A DNA stretch of 64,000 nt, taken from Candidatus Methanophagaceae archaeon (GTDB lineage Archaea > Halobacteriota > Syntropharchaeia > Alkanophagales > Methanospirareceae). Under the pieces are notes generated by a model. The model was not told the DNA's origin, searched no databases, and worked only from the letters and a program-made list of their open reading frames with translations. This document shows, in pieces, positions 19,396 through 28,056 of the stretch. The stretch is from NCBI GenBank assembly GCA_003194425.1, contig PQXB01000001.1, positions 199,265 to 263,264 on the forward strand, read 5' to 3'. The position numbers and the translations under genes are program-made. Each line of letters begins with the position of its first letter. The stretch's first letter is position 1.

Positions 19396-20286
19396 ATGAA
19401 CTATGAAAAGTTTTGTTCAATTATGAACGAGCAGATATTCAGGGAGGATAAGAAAAAACTGCTGAGAATAATTGCTTCACAGGAGCTGTATTTTGGAGAT
19501 TTCAGCCTGTTAAATTCGCAAATATTCCTGGGCAGTTGTTTGCAGCATCTCTTGCAGTCCCGCGAGATTAGATTTGGAGATGCGATGGAAGAGTTGATTT
19601 CGGAGTTGCTGCGTGAGTGGGGATTTAAGGTGCTTCCAAAAATAATCCTGCCCGACGCCGCGAATAAAAGGAAGAGGCTTGAAATAGACCAATATTTTAC
19701 GAAGTCCGAGGGGGGGGAGGTTTTTTATTTCATCGAGCAGAAGGTTAGAGACGACCACGATTCCACGAAGAAGAAAGGACAACTGAACAATTTTGAGGCG
19801 AAGTTGGAGTTTCTTTACAAGAAGCACGGCGAGAGGCTTGAGGGAATTATGTATTTTGTCGACCCTGATTTGAGCAAGAACAGGAATTTTTATGCGGAAG
19901 AACTGAAGAAGATGGAAGAGACTTACGGGCTAAAATTGGAGATTCTTTACGGCAAGGAGCTCTTTGAATATTTTGGGAGAGGGGAGTTGTGGGAGGCGAT
20001 TTTGGAGTGGTTAGGGGAGTGGAAGGAGGGTTTGCCAGAACTGCCGGAGATAAACTTTGATACCAGTCCAAGAGAGAGTTTTGAAGAGATCAAAGATTTG
20101 GAGGTAAGGTATTGGAGAAGAATCTTAGGGAACGAGAGGCTGTGGGAAGGAGGAATAATGAAAGCGATTTTTAGAGAAGGTGAGACTTTGCGGAGTTTGT
20201 TAGAATTTTTCAGATTGGAGGAGCAGGATCTCGCACACGAACGGTTGGCTGAGTTGCTTACTCAAAGATTAAAAGAATTTTACTGA
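19396..20286 (+). CDS. Putative PD-(D/E)xK-family endonuclease, a candidate restriction endonuclease. Island gene 2.
   Basis: ILPDAANKRKRLEIDQYF...VFYFIEQKVRDD gives PD, then about 27 residues, then E-Q-K. It lies in the AT-rich, compositionally foreign island. No similarity to neighbouring housekeeping genes was seen. Confidence 0.45.
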   Translation: MNYEKFCSIMNEQIFREDKKKLLRIIASQELYFGDFSLLNSQIFLGSCLQHLLQSREIRFGDAMEELISELLREWGFKVLPKIILPDAANKRKRLEIDQYFTKSEGGEVFYFIEQKVRDDHDSTKKKGQLNNFEAKLEFLYKKHGERLEGIMYFVDPDLSKNRNFYAEELKKMEETYGLKLEILYGKELFEYFGRGELWEAILEWLGEWKEGLPELPEINFDTSPRESFEEIKDLEVRYWRRILGNERLWEGGIMKAIFREGETLRSLLEFFRLEEQDLAHERLAELLTQRLKEFY

Positions 20287-20300
20287 CACAAATAACACCA

Positions 20301-20759
20301 ATGACCGAGCAGATGCTTTCGCCTGCGAGCGGGAAGGTAACGAGGGTTGAAGAAGGAGGAGACCGAGAAGACCGAGGAGACCGAACGATTTCTATTTTTA
20401 TGCACCTCCACAACGTGCACGTCACTGCCGCACCGTTAGACGGAGTGGTGAAAAAAATAACACCCGAGCTGGGAGGTACTTTCAAGCCCGCATTTCTCCG
20501 CAGCAGCGATTTCAACACGAGGAACACGATTGAACTCGCGACGAAATACGGGGAGGTGAAAGTAGTGCAAATAGCGGGATTTTTTACGCGGAAGATCAAG
20601 TGCGAGGTGAAAGTAGGGCAGGAGGTCGCTAAAGGAGAGAGAATGGGTAAAATCTGCTTTGGCTCTCGCGTGGATGTGAGCGTTCCCGAGGGGCTTGAGA
20701 TTTTGGTGCAGAAGGGGGAGAAGGTGCGGTGTAGGAGGACTGTTTTGGCGGAGCGGTAA
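20301..20759 (+). CDS. Phosphatidylserine (archaetidylserine) decarboxylase-related protein, short archaeal form
   Basis: A 152-aa protein with a C-terminal GKICFGSRVDV that resembles the Psd processing-site region. The call is weak. Confidence 0.4.
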   Translation: MTEQMLSPASGKVTRVEEGGDREDRGDRTISIFMHLHNVHVTAAPLDGVVKKITPELGGTFKPAFLRSSDFNTRNTIELATKYGEVKVVQIAGFFTRKIKCEVKVGQEVAKGERMGKICFGSRVDVSVPEGLEILVQKGEKVRCRRTVLAER

Positions 20760-20787
20760 GCAAAAGCCTTTACGGTGCTTTGCACAC

Positions 20788-21927
20788 TCACTCCGTGACC
20801 GAGTGCTGCAGCCATTTTAAAATGTACTCGGGCAGTTTTAACCCCCGCTCGTTCAACCGTTCCACCAAGTGCAGCGGCAGCGGGCTGAGCGCAAAGGTCG
20901 CACGCTCGTAGAAGGTCGTGGCGGAGGATTTAATTATGAAACTGCCTGACTCGGACGCTCGCGACAAGGTAGATTCCTTGCCCACGATTGAATAAACGAA
21001 ACCGCCCGCTTTCTTCTGCCCTTTGCACCACTCCAAGAGCGGCTCGGTCTCGCCAGACCACGAGAGTAGAAAGAGAATGTCGCCTGCTCGGGAGCGTGGT
21101 GCGAACGGGCCAGACAAGTAAGCCTCGTCTCCGATTGCCCGCTTGACGTGCTGCAGGCGAATTGCAGTCATCTTCGCGACATTTCTCGCAGGTCCGAGCC
21201 CGCCCATCGTTATTCGGCTTCGGGTCTCGAGGTTGTCAAGAATCCGCTCGTAGCTCTCGGTCTTGACGAAACTACGCACGAACTTTTTTATTTTTTTAGA
21301 TTCCGCCTCTATTTTCTTTGGCACGCTCCCGTAGCCTGCCTGCTCGTTAATTGCCTCCTTCGTCTTCTGAAGTAGCAGCAGCGAGCCGAGTTCGTAAACA
21401 TCGTTCATTATGCCGTGTTTCAGGAAACCGTTGGAGGAGTAGGGACGGTTCTCCCTGCCCTTCAGCTCGACCACGCAGCCATAATTTTTCTCTGCGATTT
21501 TTCCGATCGAGGACTCGGTCTCCGAGACGATGGCGTTGATCGTAAATTTCTCGCTCCTCGTTCGCTCGATGTAGTCCGAAAGTTGCTTAACCACGATTTT
21601 TGGCGTTGAGGTCTCGCCGCTGCCGGAATTAACGAGCAGTGCGATTTTGTCGTATTTCTTCTCCAAGACCGGCGCTGCCTCGACGATGTCTCTGCCGGGG
21701 AAGTCGATGTCTACCATTGTTTTCACCGTCTTCTCTTTCATTTGCCCCATTCCGATGTACAACGCACTCTGCGACCTTCCTTCGCCGACGAGGACGACGC
21801 AGTCCGCGGCGTTGAGGTCGTCGTAAAAAGCCCTGAACTCGCTGGGGTCGACGCTGCGAACATTTCGCGTTACTTTGTTGAGGTAGCCTATTTTTCTCTC
21901 GTTTTCTCTTGGTGCCATAAGTTGCAA
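20788..21927 (-). CDS. SIS-domain sugar-phosphate isomerase (two SIS domains)
   Basis: VLVGEGRSQSALY and ILFLLSWSGETEP are SIS motifs. The product is 379 aa. Confidence 0.65.
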   Translation of the reverse strand: MQLMAPRENERKIGYLNKVTRNVRSVDPSEFRAFYDDLNAADCVVLVGEGRSQSALYIGMGQMKEKTVKTMVDIDFPGRDIVEAAPVLEKKYDKIALLVNSGSGETSTPKIVVKQLSDYIERTRSEKFTINAIVSETESSIGKIAEKNYGCVVELKGRENRPYSSNGFLKHGIMNDVYELGSLLLLQKTKEAINEQAGYGSVPKKIEAESKKIKKFVRSFVKTESYERILDNLETRSRITMGGLGPARNVAKMTAIRLQHVKRAIGDEAYLSGPFAPRSRAGDILFLLSWSGETEPLLEWCKGQKKAGGFVYSIVGKESTLSRASESGSFIIKSSATTFYERATFALSPLPLHLVERLNERGLKLPEYILKWLQHSVTE

Positions 21928-21975
21928 AAAAGAGGGCTTAACACTCTTTAAGACTTTCGGTTTTTTTCTATTTTT

Positions 21976-23457
21976 TTAATACGACCTTGCGATGTACACC
22001 CTCTTCCCGCCTCTCGCGCAAATTACGCATTTTCCTTCGCTTCCTCCCTTGCCCTCTCGTCCGCCTTCTTCTCTTTCTCCGCCTTCCCCACTTTCTCCGC
22101 TTTTCCCCTCCGCCACTGCTCCTCTTTCTCCTCCTTCCCTGTTTTCCGCCACTGCCTCTCCCAACACACTCACTCCAAGCCGCTCCTCCACTTCCCGCCC
22201 GCACCGTTCTTGCCCGCAGAGGAACACGGAGGAAAAGCCGCGGAAAGCCGTTTTTGCTCGCTCGTGAATTTGGTCTTGGATCTCGCTCAGCGCCCTCTTC
22301 ACCTCCGAGACCACCTCGGCGAGTGGGACTTGTGTCCTCGAGAAGTCGTGCCTGCAGACGAGTTCGCAGCTCTTCGCCCTCAAATCCCGCGGACCGACCT
22401 CAACCCGCAACGGCACGCCCTTCAACTCCCACTTGAAATACTTCGCCCCCGGCCTCTCGTCCGAGTCGTCCAAAAGAACCCGCACACCCGCCTCTTTCAA
22501 CTCTTTGACCACACCAACGCCCGCCTGCAACACTTCTTCTGCACCCCCTTCTGCACCCCCTTCTGTACCGCTTCGCCCCCGCGAGTACAAAATCGGCACG
22601 ACAACAACCTGCACGGGCGCGACCTCGGGAGGCAGCACCAGACCCCGCTCGTCGCCGTGCACCGAAATCACCGCGGCGACGCACCGCTCTGAAATGCCGT
22701 AGCAGGTCTGGTTAACGAACTTCAGCGAGCCGTCTCGGTCCTCGAATTTTATCTCAAAAGTCCTCGCAAAACTCTCACCGAGCAGGTGAATTGTCGCAAC
22801 CTGCAACGCCCGCCCGTCAGGCAGCAGCGTGTCAAACGCGAGGGTGTAGTCCGCCCCCGGGAACTTGTCCCACTCCGGCCGCCGCGTTACCAAGTAGGGA
22901 ACTGCGAGTCGGTCGAAGAATTCTTTGTAAAGTGTGACCGCTTTCTTCACCTGCTCCTCCGCCTCGGCTCGGCTTGCGTGCACGGTGTGCGCCTCTTTGA
23001 ACGAGGTGATTTCACGCAGCCGAATTAGCGGTCGCGTGTGCTTCGTCTCGTACCTGAAAGTGTTCACGATTTGGTAAATCCGGAGCGGCAAGTCCCGGTG
23101 CGACCGAATCCAGACCTTAAACACAGGGTAAATCGCGGTCTCCGAAGTGGGGCGGAGTGCGAGAGGGACCTCCAACTCCGTGCTGCCTCCCTTCGTTACC
23201 CAAAAAACCTCCTCCTCAAACCCTTTTATGTGCTCCTTCTCCTTCAGCAACTCGTCCTCGGGAATCAAAAGCGGGAACAACACTTCCTCGTGCTCCTCGT
23301 CCAAGAGCGACCGCAGAATCCCGTAAATCAGATTCCGCAGTTTGTAGCCGTGCGGAAACCACACGTACGCCCCCTTCACCGGGTACCGCACGTCCAAAAT
23401 CTCCGCCCGCTTCAAGATCTCGCTGTACCACTCACTGAAATCGCTTTTGCGTTCCAT
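21976..23457 (-). CDS. proS: Prolyl-tRNA synthetase, archaeal/eukaryal type
   Basis: N-terminal [36 protein letters not shown] and class II aaRS motifs. A C-terminal G/E/R low-complexity extension is present. Confidence 0.9.
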   Translation of the reverse strand: MERKSDFSEWYSEILKRAEILDVRYPVKGAYVWFPHGYKLRNLIYGILRSLLDEEHEEVLFPLLIPEDELLKEKEHIKGFEEEVFWVTKGGSTELEVPLALRPTSETAIYPVFKVWIRSHRDLPLRIYQIVNTFRYETKHTRPLIRLREITSFKEAHTVHASRAEAEEQVKKAVTLYKEFFDRLAVPYLVTRRPEWDKFPGADYTLAFDTLLPDGRALQVATIHLLGESFARTFEIKFEDRDGSLKFVNQTCYGISERCVAAVISVHGDERGLVLPPEVAPVQVVVVPILYSRGRSGTEGGAEGGAEEVLQAGVGVVKELKEAGVRVLLDDSDERPGAKYFKWELKGVPLRVEVGPRDLRAKSCELVCRHDFSRTQVPLAEVVSEVKRALSEIQDQIHERAKTAFRGFSSVFLCGQERCGREVEERLGVSVLGEAVAENREGGERGAVAEGKSGESGEGGEREEGGREGKGGSEGKCVICARGGKRVYIARSY

Positions 23458-23465
23458 TTTCTTCT

Positions 23466-23537
23466 TGCGTTAGAGAGCCGCTGGTGGGACTTGAACCCAC
23501 GCTCTGCTGATTACGAATCAGCCGCTTTACCTCTAAG
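23466..23537 (-). tRNA. tRNA-Thr (anticodon CGU)
   Basis: Hand-folded cloverleaf: GCCGCUG acceptor stem, anticodon loop UUCGUAA, T-loop GGUUCAAGUCC. Confidence 0.8.
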
Positions 23538-23583
23538 CCACAGCGGCGTAACTTTTAGAGACTGACACTACTGACACTAGATT

Positions 23584-23623
23584 TAGTTTAGAATGTTTAG
23601 TTTAGAATGTTTAGTTTAGAATG
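23584..23623. repeat. Tandem repeat, 13-bp unit GTTTAGTTTAGAAT x3, adjacent to tRNA-Thr
   Basis: Direct reading. Confidence 0.85.
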
Positions 23624-23684
23624 CAACATTTAAATACTAACAGAACAATTAAAATCACAGGAACAATTGTAAATCACAGAAAAA

Positions 23685-23918
23685 ATGAAGAAAGAGGAAG
23701 TAGTGCATTTGCATTTGTTGCTGGCACAGTTGAAGAAATATTGTGAGGAGAACGGAGGGAACGGTGAGTTTGTGAAGTACAACAAGTTGGGCATTACACC
23801 TTTTCAGGTGCACCGAAGCAAAGCAGAACACAAACAAGCGATTTTCGTTCTCGGAACCGAACTTGTGTCAGTGACTGCAGGGAACAACGGCAATTTCCTG
23901 GTGACTAACAAAAAGTGA
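23685..23918 (+). CDS. Small hypothetical protein in an AT-rich tRNA-adjacent segment
   Basis: A 77-aa ORF in a roughly 500-bp AT-rich patch next to tRNA-Thr. No recognisable motif. Confidence 0.25.
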   Translation: MKKEEVVHLHLLLAQLKKYCEENGGNGEFVKYNKLGITPFQVHRSKAEHKQAIFVLGTELVSVTAGNNGNFLVTNKK

Positions 23919-24037
23919 AGAAACTCTACTTGGCAGATCTGACAGGTCTAACAGGGTCTGCTTCTTCACTAAAGAGGGGGTTAATTTGTATTTTTTAGAA
24001 GGAGTAAGAAAAAAAGTGATTTTTGACATATTTTATT

Positions 24038-24733
24038 TTATTTAAAAAAAGTTTTGTACGCTTTTATTATTTCCTTTCCTTCCAGAAATACTAAGCCGCG
24101 TTCCGCCGCGAAAGATTTTGCGTCAGATTTGGAGACCGCATTCCCGGTCTTGCTGTCCAGCATTTCACAGATTACCGCAGCCGGAGGAGAAATGCCCGCG
24201 AGCAGTGCCAACGCCACCGAGAGCTCGGTCTGCCCCCTCCGCTCCTCGAGTAGTCCGTTTGCAGCACGCAGAATCGAGACGTGCCCGGGGGTTCGGAACT
24301 CCGAGTAAAAGTCATAATCTTTGCCGCTTAGCACTTTCTCAACCGCCTCACCCACCTTTTTTATCGTCAGCGACCTGTCCCGGTCGGTTATTCCTGTAAA
24401 AGTTTCGCGGTGGTTCACCCACAGCGAGAAAGAGGAGCGTCTGTCGTACGAGAGGTCGCCCGTCCCCTCGACCATTTTTTTTAGCGGCGCGAAGTTCCTC
24501 AAAATATCGCTCATCAAAGGGAGACCGAGTCGCTCCGCGGCGGCAGCGTGAACGGCGACGCAAATTAGCCCGCCCGCCTCTCTTCTAAAATACGCGACCT
24601 TCCGTGGCGTCACAAAAGAAGCCGGCAGCACAAAGTCCGTCTCGCCCTCTCTGTCCTCAGCGTCGTAAATCAAGACGAGCCTGCCCTTCTTTACTTCTTC
24701 AATTCCACGCTCTACCGAGTCTGGGATTTTCAT
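24038..24733 (-). CDS. ribB: 3,4-dihydroxy-2-butanone 4-phosphate synthase
   Basis: LVLIYDAEDREGETDFVLPASFVTP and GLICVAV are typical DHBP synthase motifs. Confidence 0.85.
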   Translation of the reverse strand: MKIPDSVERGIEEVKKGRLVLIYDAEDREGETDFVLPASFVTPRKVAYFRREAGGLICVAVHAAAAERLGLPLMSDILRNFAPLKKMVEGTGDLSYDRRSSFSLWVNHRETFTGITDRDRSLTIKKVGEAVEKVLSGKDYDFYSEFRTPGHVSILRAANGLLEERRGQTELSVALALLAGISPPAAVICEMLDSKTGNAVSKSDAKSFAAERGLVFLEGKEIIKAYKTFFK

Positions 24734-24735
24734 TT

Positions 24736-25428
24736 TTATGTCACCACCTTCGCCCGCACCTCGTCGCCGTCGTTCAGTTTGAGTTCGCAGCGCAGGAAAA
24801 TCGGCGAAATTATCTCCAAAACATCCTCAGGGTAGTGCGTGCGGTGCGGAATTATTACGGCACTCTTAACCCCCTCCGCTCGGTTGCAGGCGATTTTACA
24901 GGGGAAGCACTTGCCTCCCCCGAAAGTCCGCTTCGCCCTCTTCGACTCAAAACCCTCTAATTTAATCCCCTTTCGCACATCCAAAATCCCCCGCGCCGCA
25001 ATTCCTTGCGCGTCCAACCTGAGATTCAGAGTGCCGGGAAACGGCGTAAAGCCCAATTTCCCCTCAAACTGCCTCTTGTAGCCCTCAAGCGTCGTGTAAT
25101 ATTTCCCCTCGCCCAAGCCCGTAATCACACGCCCGACGAACTCAAGTTCAACGCTGCTCGCGGAAAAAAATATTTCCTGGTACTCGTAGCACTCCTCTTT
25201 CAACTGCACAATTCCCGTCTTCGTTAGCACAATCCACTGCCCGTCCGCAGTAATTCTGCGGTGCACGAACCCCTCCCGCTCGAGTTCCTGAAGTCGCCTC
25301 GCAGCCGTCTGCCCGCTTGAATTTATCATCTCCGCGAACTGCAGAGCGGACAGTTTAACGGGCTGCTCCACCGCACCAAGCAGCGCAAGTTTCCTTAACG
25401 AGAGCGTCGTCTCCCCACTTATTTTCAT
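24736..25428 (-). CDS. ribK: Archaeal CTP-dependent riboflavin kinase with N-terminal wHTH. The track ORF extends to 25515. The start used here is the Met at 25428 (MKISGE...).
   Basis: C-terminal GKLGFTPFPGTLNLRLD matches archaeal RibK. The N-terminal ~90 aa are an HTH domain. Confidence 0.75.
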   Translation of the reverse strand: MKISGETTLSLRKLALLGAVEQPVKLSALQFAEMINSSGQTAARRLQELEREGFVHRRITADGQWIVLTKTGIVQLKEECYEYQEIFFSASSVELEFVGRVITGLGEGKYYTTLEGYKRQFEGKLGFTPFPGTLNLRLDAQGIAARGILDVRKGIKLEGFESKRAKRTFGGGKCFPCKIACNRAEGVKSAVIIPHRTHYPEDVLEIISPIFLRCELKLNDGDEVRAKVVT

Positions 25429-25525
25429 CTTTTCTTCTTCTTTCTTTTTTGTTTTTGTGTTTATCAATTTTGAGAGGCATCTCATAAATAAGAATATCCA
25501 AAACAAGAAGTCCAAAACAAGAAGA

Positions 25526-25634
25526 TGCGGGGGGAGGGATTTGAACCCTCGTATTCCTACGAAACAGGATTTCTCAGGTACGAAGTTCTTTCCCTCTTAA
25601 GTCCTGCGCCTTTGTCCTGCTCGGCTACCCCCGC
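25526..25634 (-). tRNA. tRNA-Leu (anticodon UAA) with a roughly 25-nt intron after position 37
   Basis: GCGGGGG acceptor stem, anticodon loop CUUAAGA followed by an intron, long variable arm CGUAGGAAUACG, T-arm GGGUUCAAAUCCC. Confidence 0.7.
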
Positions 25635-25704
25635 TTTTTACTCTTTTCACTAACTAACAAATCAAATAAATAAAAAGATAAATTAACGAAAGGCTGGAAA
25701 AACG

Positions 25705-26049
25705 ATGAAATTAGGAATTGTAATTTATTCGGGAGATTCGGAGACCGTGTGGAACGCGTTTCGGTTCGGTAATTTCGCGCTGCAAACAGACGGCACGGGT
25801 GGCGACGGCGAAGGAAACGAAGTGAAAGTGTTCCTGCTTGGCAGAGGAGTGGAGTGCGAGTCGCTGGACAAGGGGAAATTTAGGGTGACCGAAGAAATGC
25901 GGAAGTTGGTAGAGAGCGGTGGCGAGATTTTTGCGTGCGGCAGTTGCCTGAAGATCCGGCAGTCTGAGGGCTCGGAGTTGTGTCCGCTCTCGACGATGCG
26001 GGATTTGTATGAAATTGTGGCGGACTGCGAGAAAGTTGTTACATTTTAA
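25705..26049 (+). CDS. DsrE/DsrF-like (YchN-like) family protein
   Basis: N-terminus MKLGIVIYSGDSETVWNAFRFGNFAL is typical of the DsrE/F fold. The product is 114 aa. Confidence 0.55.
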   Translation: MKLGIVIYSGDSETVWNAFRFGNFALQTDGTGGDGEGNEVKVFLLGRGVECESLDKGKFRVTEEMRKLVESGGEIFACGSCLKIRQSEGSELCPLSTMRDLYEIVADCEKVVTF

Positions 26050-26318
26050 GAGTGATGAAAAAAATTTGGTGGGTTGTGATTGTGCCGGGAATCTTGGCGG
26101 TGGCTGCGGGGGCGTTTGCGCTACTTCTGTTCCTGATAAAATTGCTCTGGGCTTGGACTGTTCCCGACCTCTTCCCTGGCGCGGTTGAGCAGGGCTTGGT
26201 GGTAGGGACAATCTCCTGGGTCACCGCACTCAAGCTCGCTGTCTTTGTCGCTGTGCTGAGTGGGCTCGCGAGCGCGCTCGCGTCTCGGCACGGGAGTAAA
26301 GAAGGGTAGAGAAGAAGA

Positions 26319-27155
26319 ATGGAAAAAAGCCTTAGACCGTTTGTTTTCATAAACGCGGCGACGAGTGCGGACGGTAAAATCTCGACCGTAGAGCGGCGGC
26401 AGACGAGAATAAGCGGTAAGGAGGATTTTGAGCGGGTGGACTCGCTGAGGGCGGGGAGCGACGCAATAATGGTCGGTGTAGGCACGGTCTTGGCTGACGA
26501 CCCTTCTTTGACTGTGAAAGCAGGAGCGAGGAGGGCAGCGAGGGCGAGGGCAGGGAAAGACGCAAATCCGCTGCGAGTCGTTGTGGACAGCAGGGCGAGG
26601 ACTCCTCCTAATGCTGAGGTGCTGTGCAAAGGCGAGGGCAGGCGAATAATCGCGGTCTCTGAACTCGCGAACGCGGACGGCGAGAGAGTGGCGGAGTTGG
26701 GGAAGAGAGCGGAGGTTCTGGTCTGCGGGGGGAGCGGTGCTGCGGAGAGCGGTGCTGTGGAAAGCGGTGCTGCGGAAAGCGGTGCTGCAGGAGGAGGGGG
26801 GGGAGGAGGAGGGAAGGTGGATTTGGGGAAACTTCTCGCTCGGTTGCGGCAGCGGGGCGTGGAGAGACTGCTGGTTGAGGGAGGGGCGACACTTAACTGG
26901 TCGTTGATTTCGCAGGGGCTCGTCGACGAGATTTTTGTTTATGTGGGCAACCTGATTCTGGGCGGCGAAGACGCACCTACGCTCGTTGACGGCGCGGGGT
27001 TCGTTGCGGGGGCAGGGGTGGTGAAGTTGGAACTCTTAAGTGCAGAGAGGCTGGGTGAGGGCGTTTTGCTAAAATGGCGGGTCGTGAGTGAGGGAGAAAG
27101 AGAAAAGGTCAGAGGGAAGGAGGGGAGCGCCGCGCAGTCAGGGCGCAAGGCGTGA
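26319..27155 (+). CDS. 2,5-diamino-6-ribosylamino-4(3H)-pyrimidinone 5'-phosphate reductase (RibD C-terminal/DHFR-like fold)
   Basis: PFVFINAATSADGKIST and AIMVGVGTVLADDPSLT are present. It sits in a riboflavin gene neighbourhood. An internal repeat encodes SGAAESGAVESGAAESGAAGGGGGGGG. Confidence 0.75.
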   Translation: MEKSLRPFVFINAATSADGKISTVERRQTRISGKEDFERVDSLRAGSDAIMVGVGTVLADDPSLTVKAGARRAARARAGKDANPLRVVVDSRARTPPNAEVLCKGEGRRIIAVSELANADGERVAELGKRAEVLVCGGSGAAESGAVESGAAESGAAGGGGGGGGKVDLGKLLARLRQRGVERLLVEGGATLNWSLISQGLVDEIFVYVGNLILGGEDAPTLVDGAGFVAGAGVVKLELLSAERLGEGVLLKWRVVSEGEREKVRGKEGSAAQSGRKA

Positions 27156-27195
27156 AGATATTTATAAAAAATAGGGCAAAGTATAGTACGGAAAG
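27118..27195. repeat. Copy 1 of a duplicated roughly 75-bp element: a GC hairpin (GAGCGCC...GGCGCT) followed by a promoter-like GTGAAGATATTTATAAAA-TAGGGCAAAGTATAGTA-GGAAAGG
   Basis: Copy 2, at 27744-27880, has a near-identical hairpin and TATA-containing segment. The two hairpins are 27123-27148 and 27747-27772. Confidence 0.7.
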
Positions 27196-27206
27196 GGGCG
27201 AGAAAA

Positions 27207-27270
27207 GGTAAGGGCAAAAGCGGTAAGGGCAAAAGCGGTGAGGGCAAAAGCGGTGAGGGCAAAAGCAAAA
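27207..27270. repeat. Tandem repeat, 15-bp unit GGGCAAAAGCGGT(A/G)A x about 4, intergenic
   Basis: Direct reading. Confidence 0.9.
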
Positions 27271-27743
27271 GCAGTAGGCGCAAGTAACGCCGAAAGGGGA
27301 AAAAAGAGAGAAGGTGCGAGTAGCAGTAGCAGTGCTGCTGTCTGCGAGTGCGCAAGCAGCTGGAATTGGAGGAGGAGAAGAAGGTTTATTTATCATAAAA
27401 TTAAGAAGGAGCAAAAGCAGAAAAGGGAAGAAGGAAGAAGGAGTGAAAGCGGAAGAGGAAGTAAAGTCGGAGGCTGCGGAAAGAAGGGAGAAGGAATAAG
27501 AGATAATGAGAGCGATAAAAGAGTTAAAGGAACTGAAGCGGAGGATAGAAGAGCGGGGGGAGAGTCTGTCCTCTGTCTCTGATGTTTTTATGGCTCAGGT
27601 TTTTACTCTTTCTAAAATGAGTGCGGTGAATAGAGGAATAGAAGGAGCTATGCTCTTTGTCGTAATATCTAATGTCTATAATAATATCTAATGTTTAGTT
27701 ATAAAATGCAAAAGAAAGAAATGTCTCACGCTCATCTTGTCCA

Positions 27744-27880
27744 GATGGGAGCGCCGCGCGGTCGGGGCGCTAAAACGAAAAAATAAAAAGGGAAAGGAAA
27801 AAGCAGAAAAATGCCGACCAACAGGAAAAAACCGTGAAGATATTTATAGAAGGTAGGGCAAAGCATAGTAAGGAAAGGAG
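27744..27880. repeat. Copy 2 of the duplicated hairpin plus TATA-box element, upstream of the secreted-protein gene
   Basis: GGGAGCGCCGCGCGGTCGGGGCGCT ... GTGAAGATATTTATAGAAGGTAGGGCAAAGCATAGTAAGGAAAGG. Confidence 0.7.
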
Positions 27881-28030
27881 AAAAAACAGGATGAAGACTA
27901 AGGCAAAAGCAGTAGAAGTAACCAATGCCGAGAACGGCAACAGGCGAGAGGATAGGGTACCATATTCTCGACTGACTTTTGTCTTTGCTCTCTCTTATCT
28001 GCAATTCTTCCTTTCCAGGAGTAAAAAAAA

Positions 28031-28056
28031 GATTAGGAGGTGAAAACGAAAAAATG
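28031..28056 (+). promoter_or_regulatory. Conserved 5' leader with an extended Shine-Dalgarno (ATTAGGAGGTGAAAACGAAAAAATG)
   Basis: It is identical to the 25-mer at 48793-48819. AGGAGGTGA is a perfect 9-nt complement of the 16S 3' end (CCUCCU plus adjacent residues). Confidence 0.6.
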
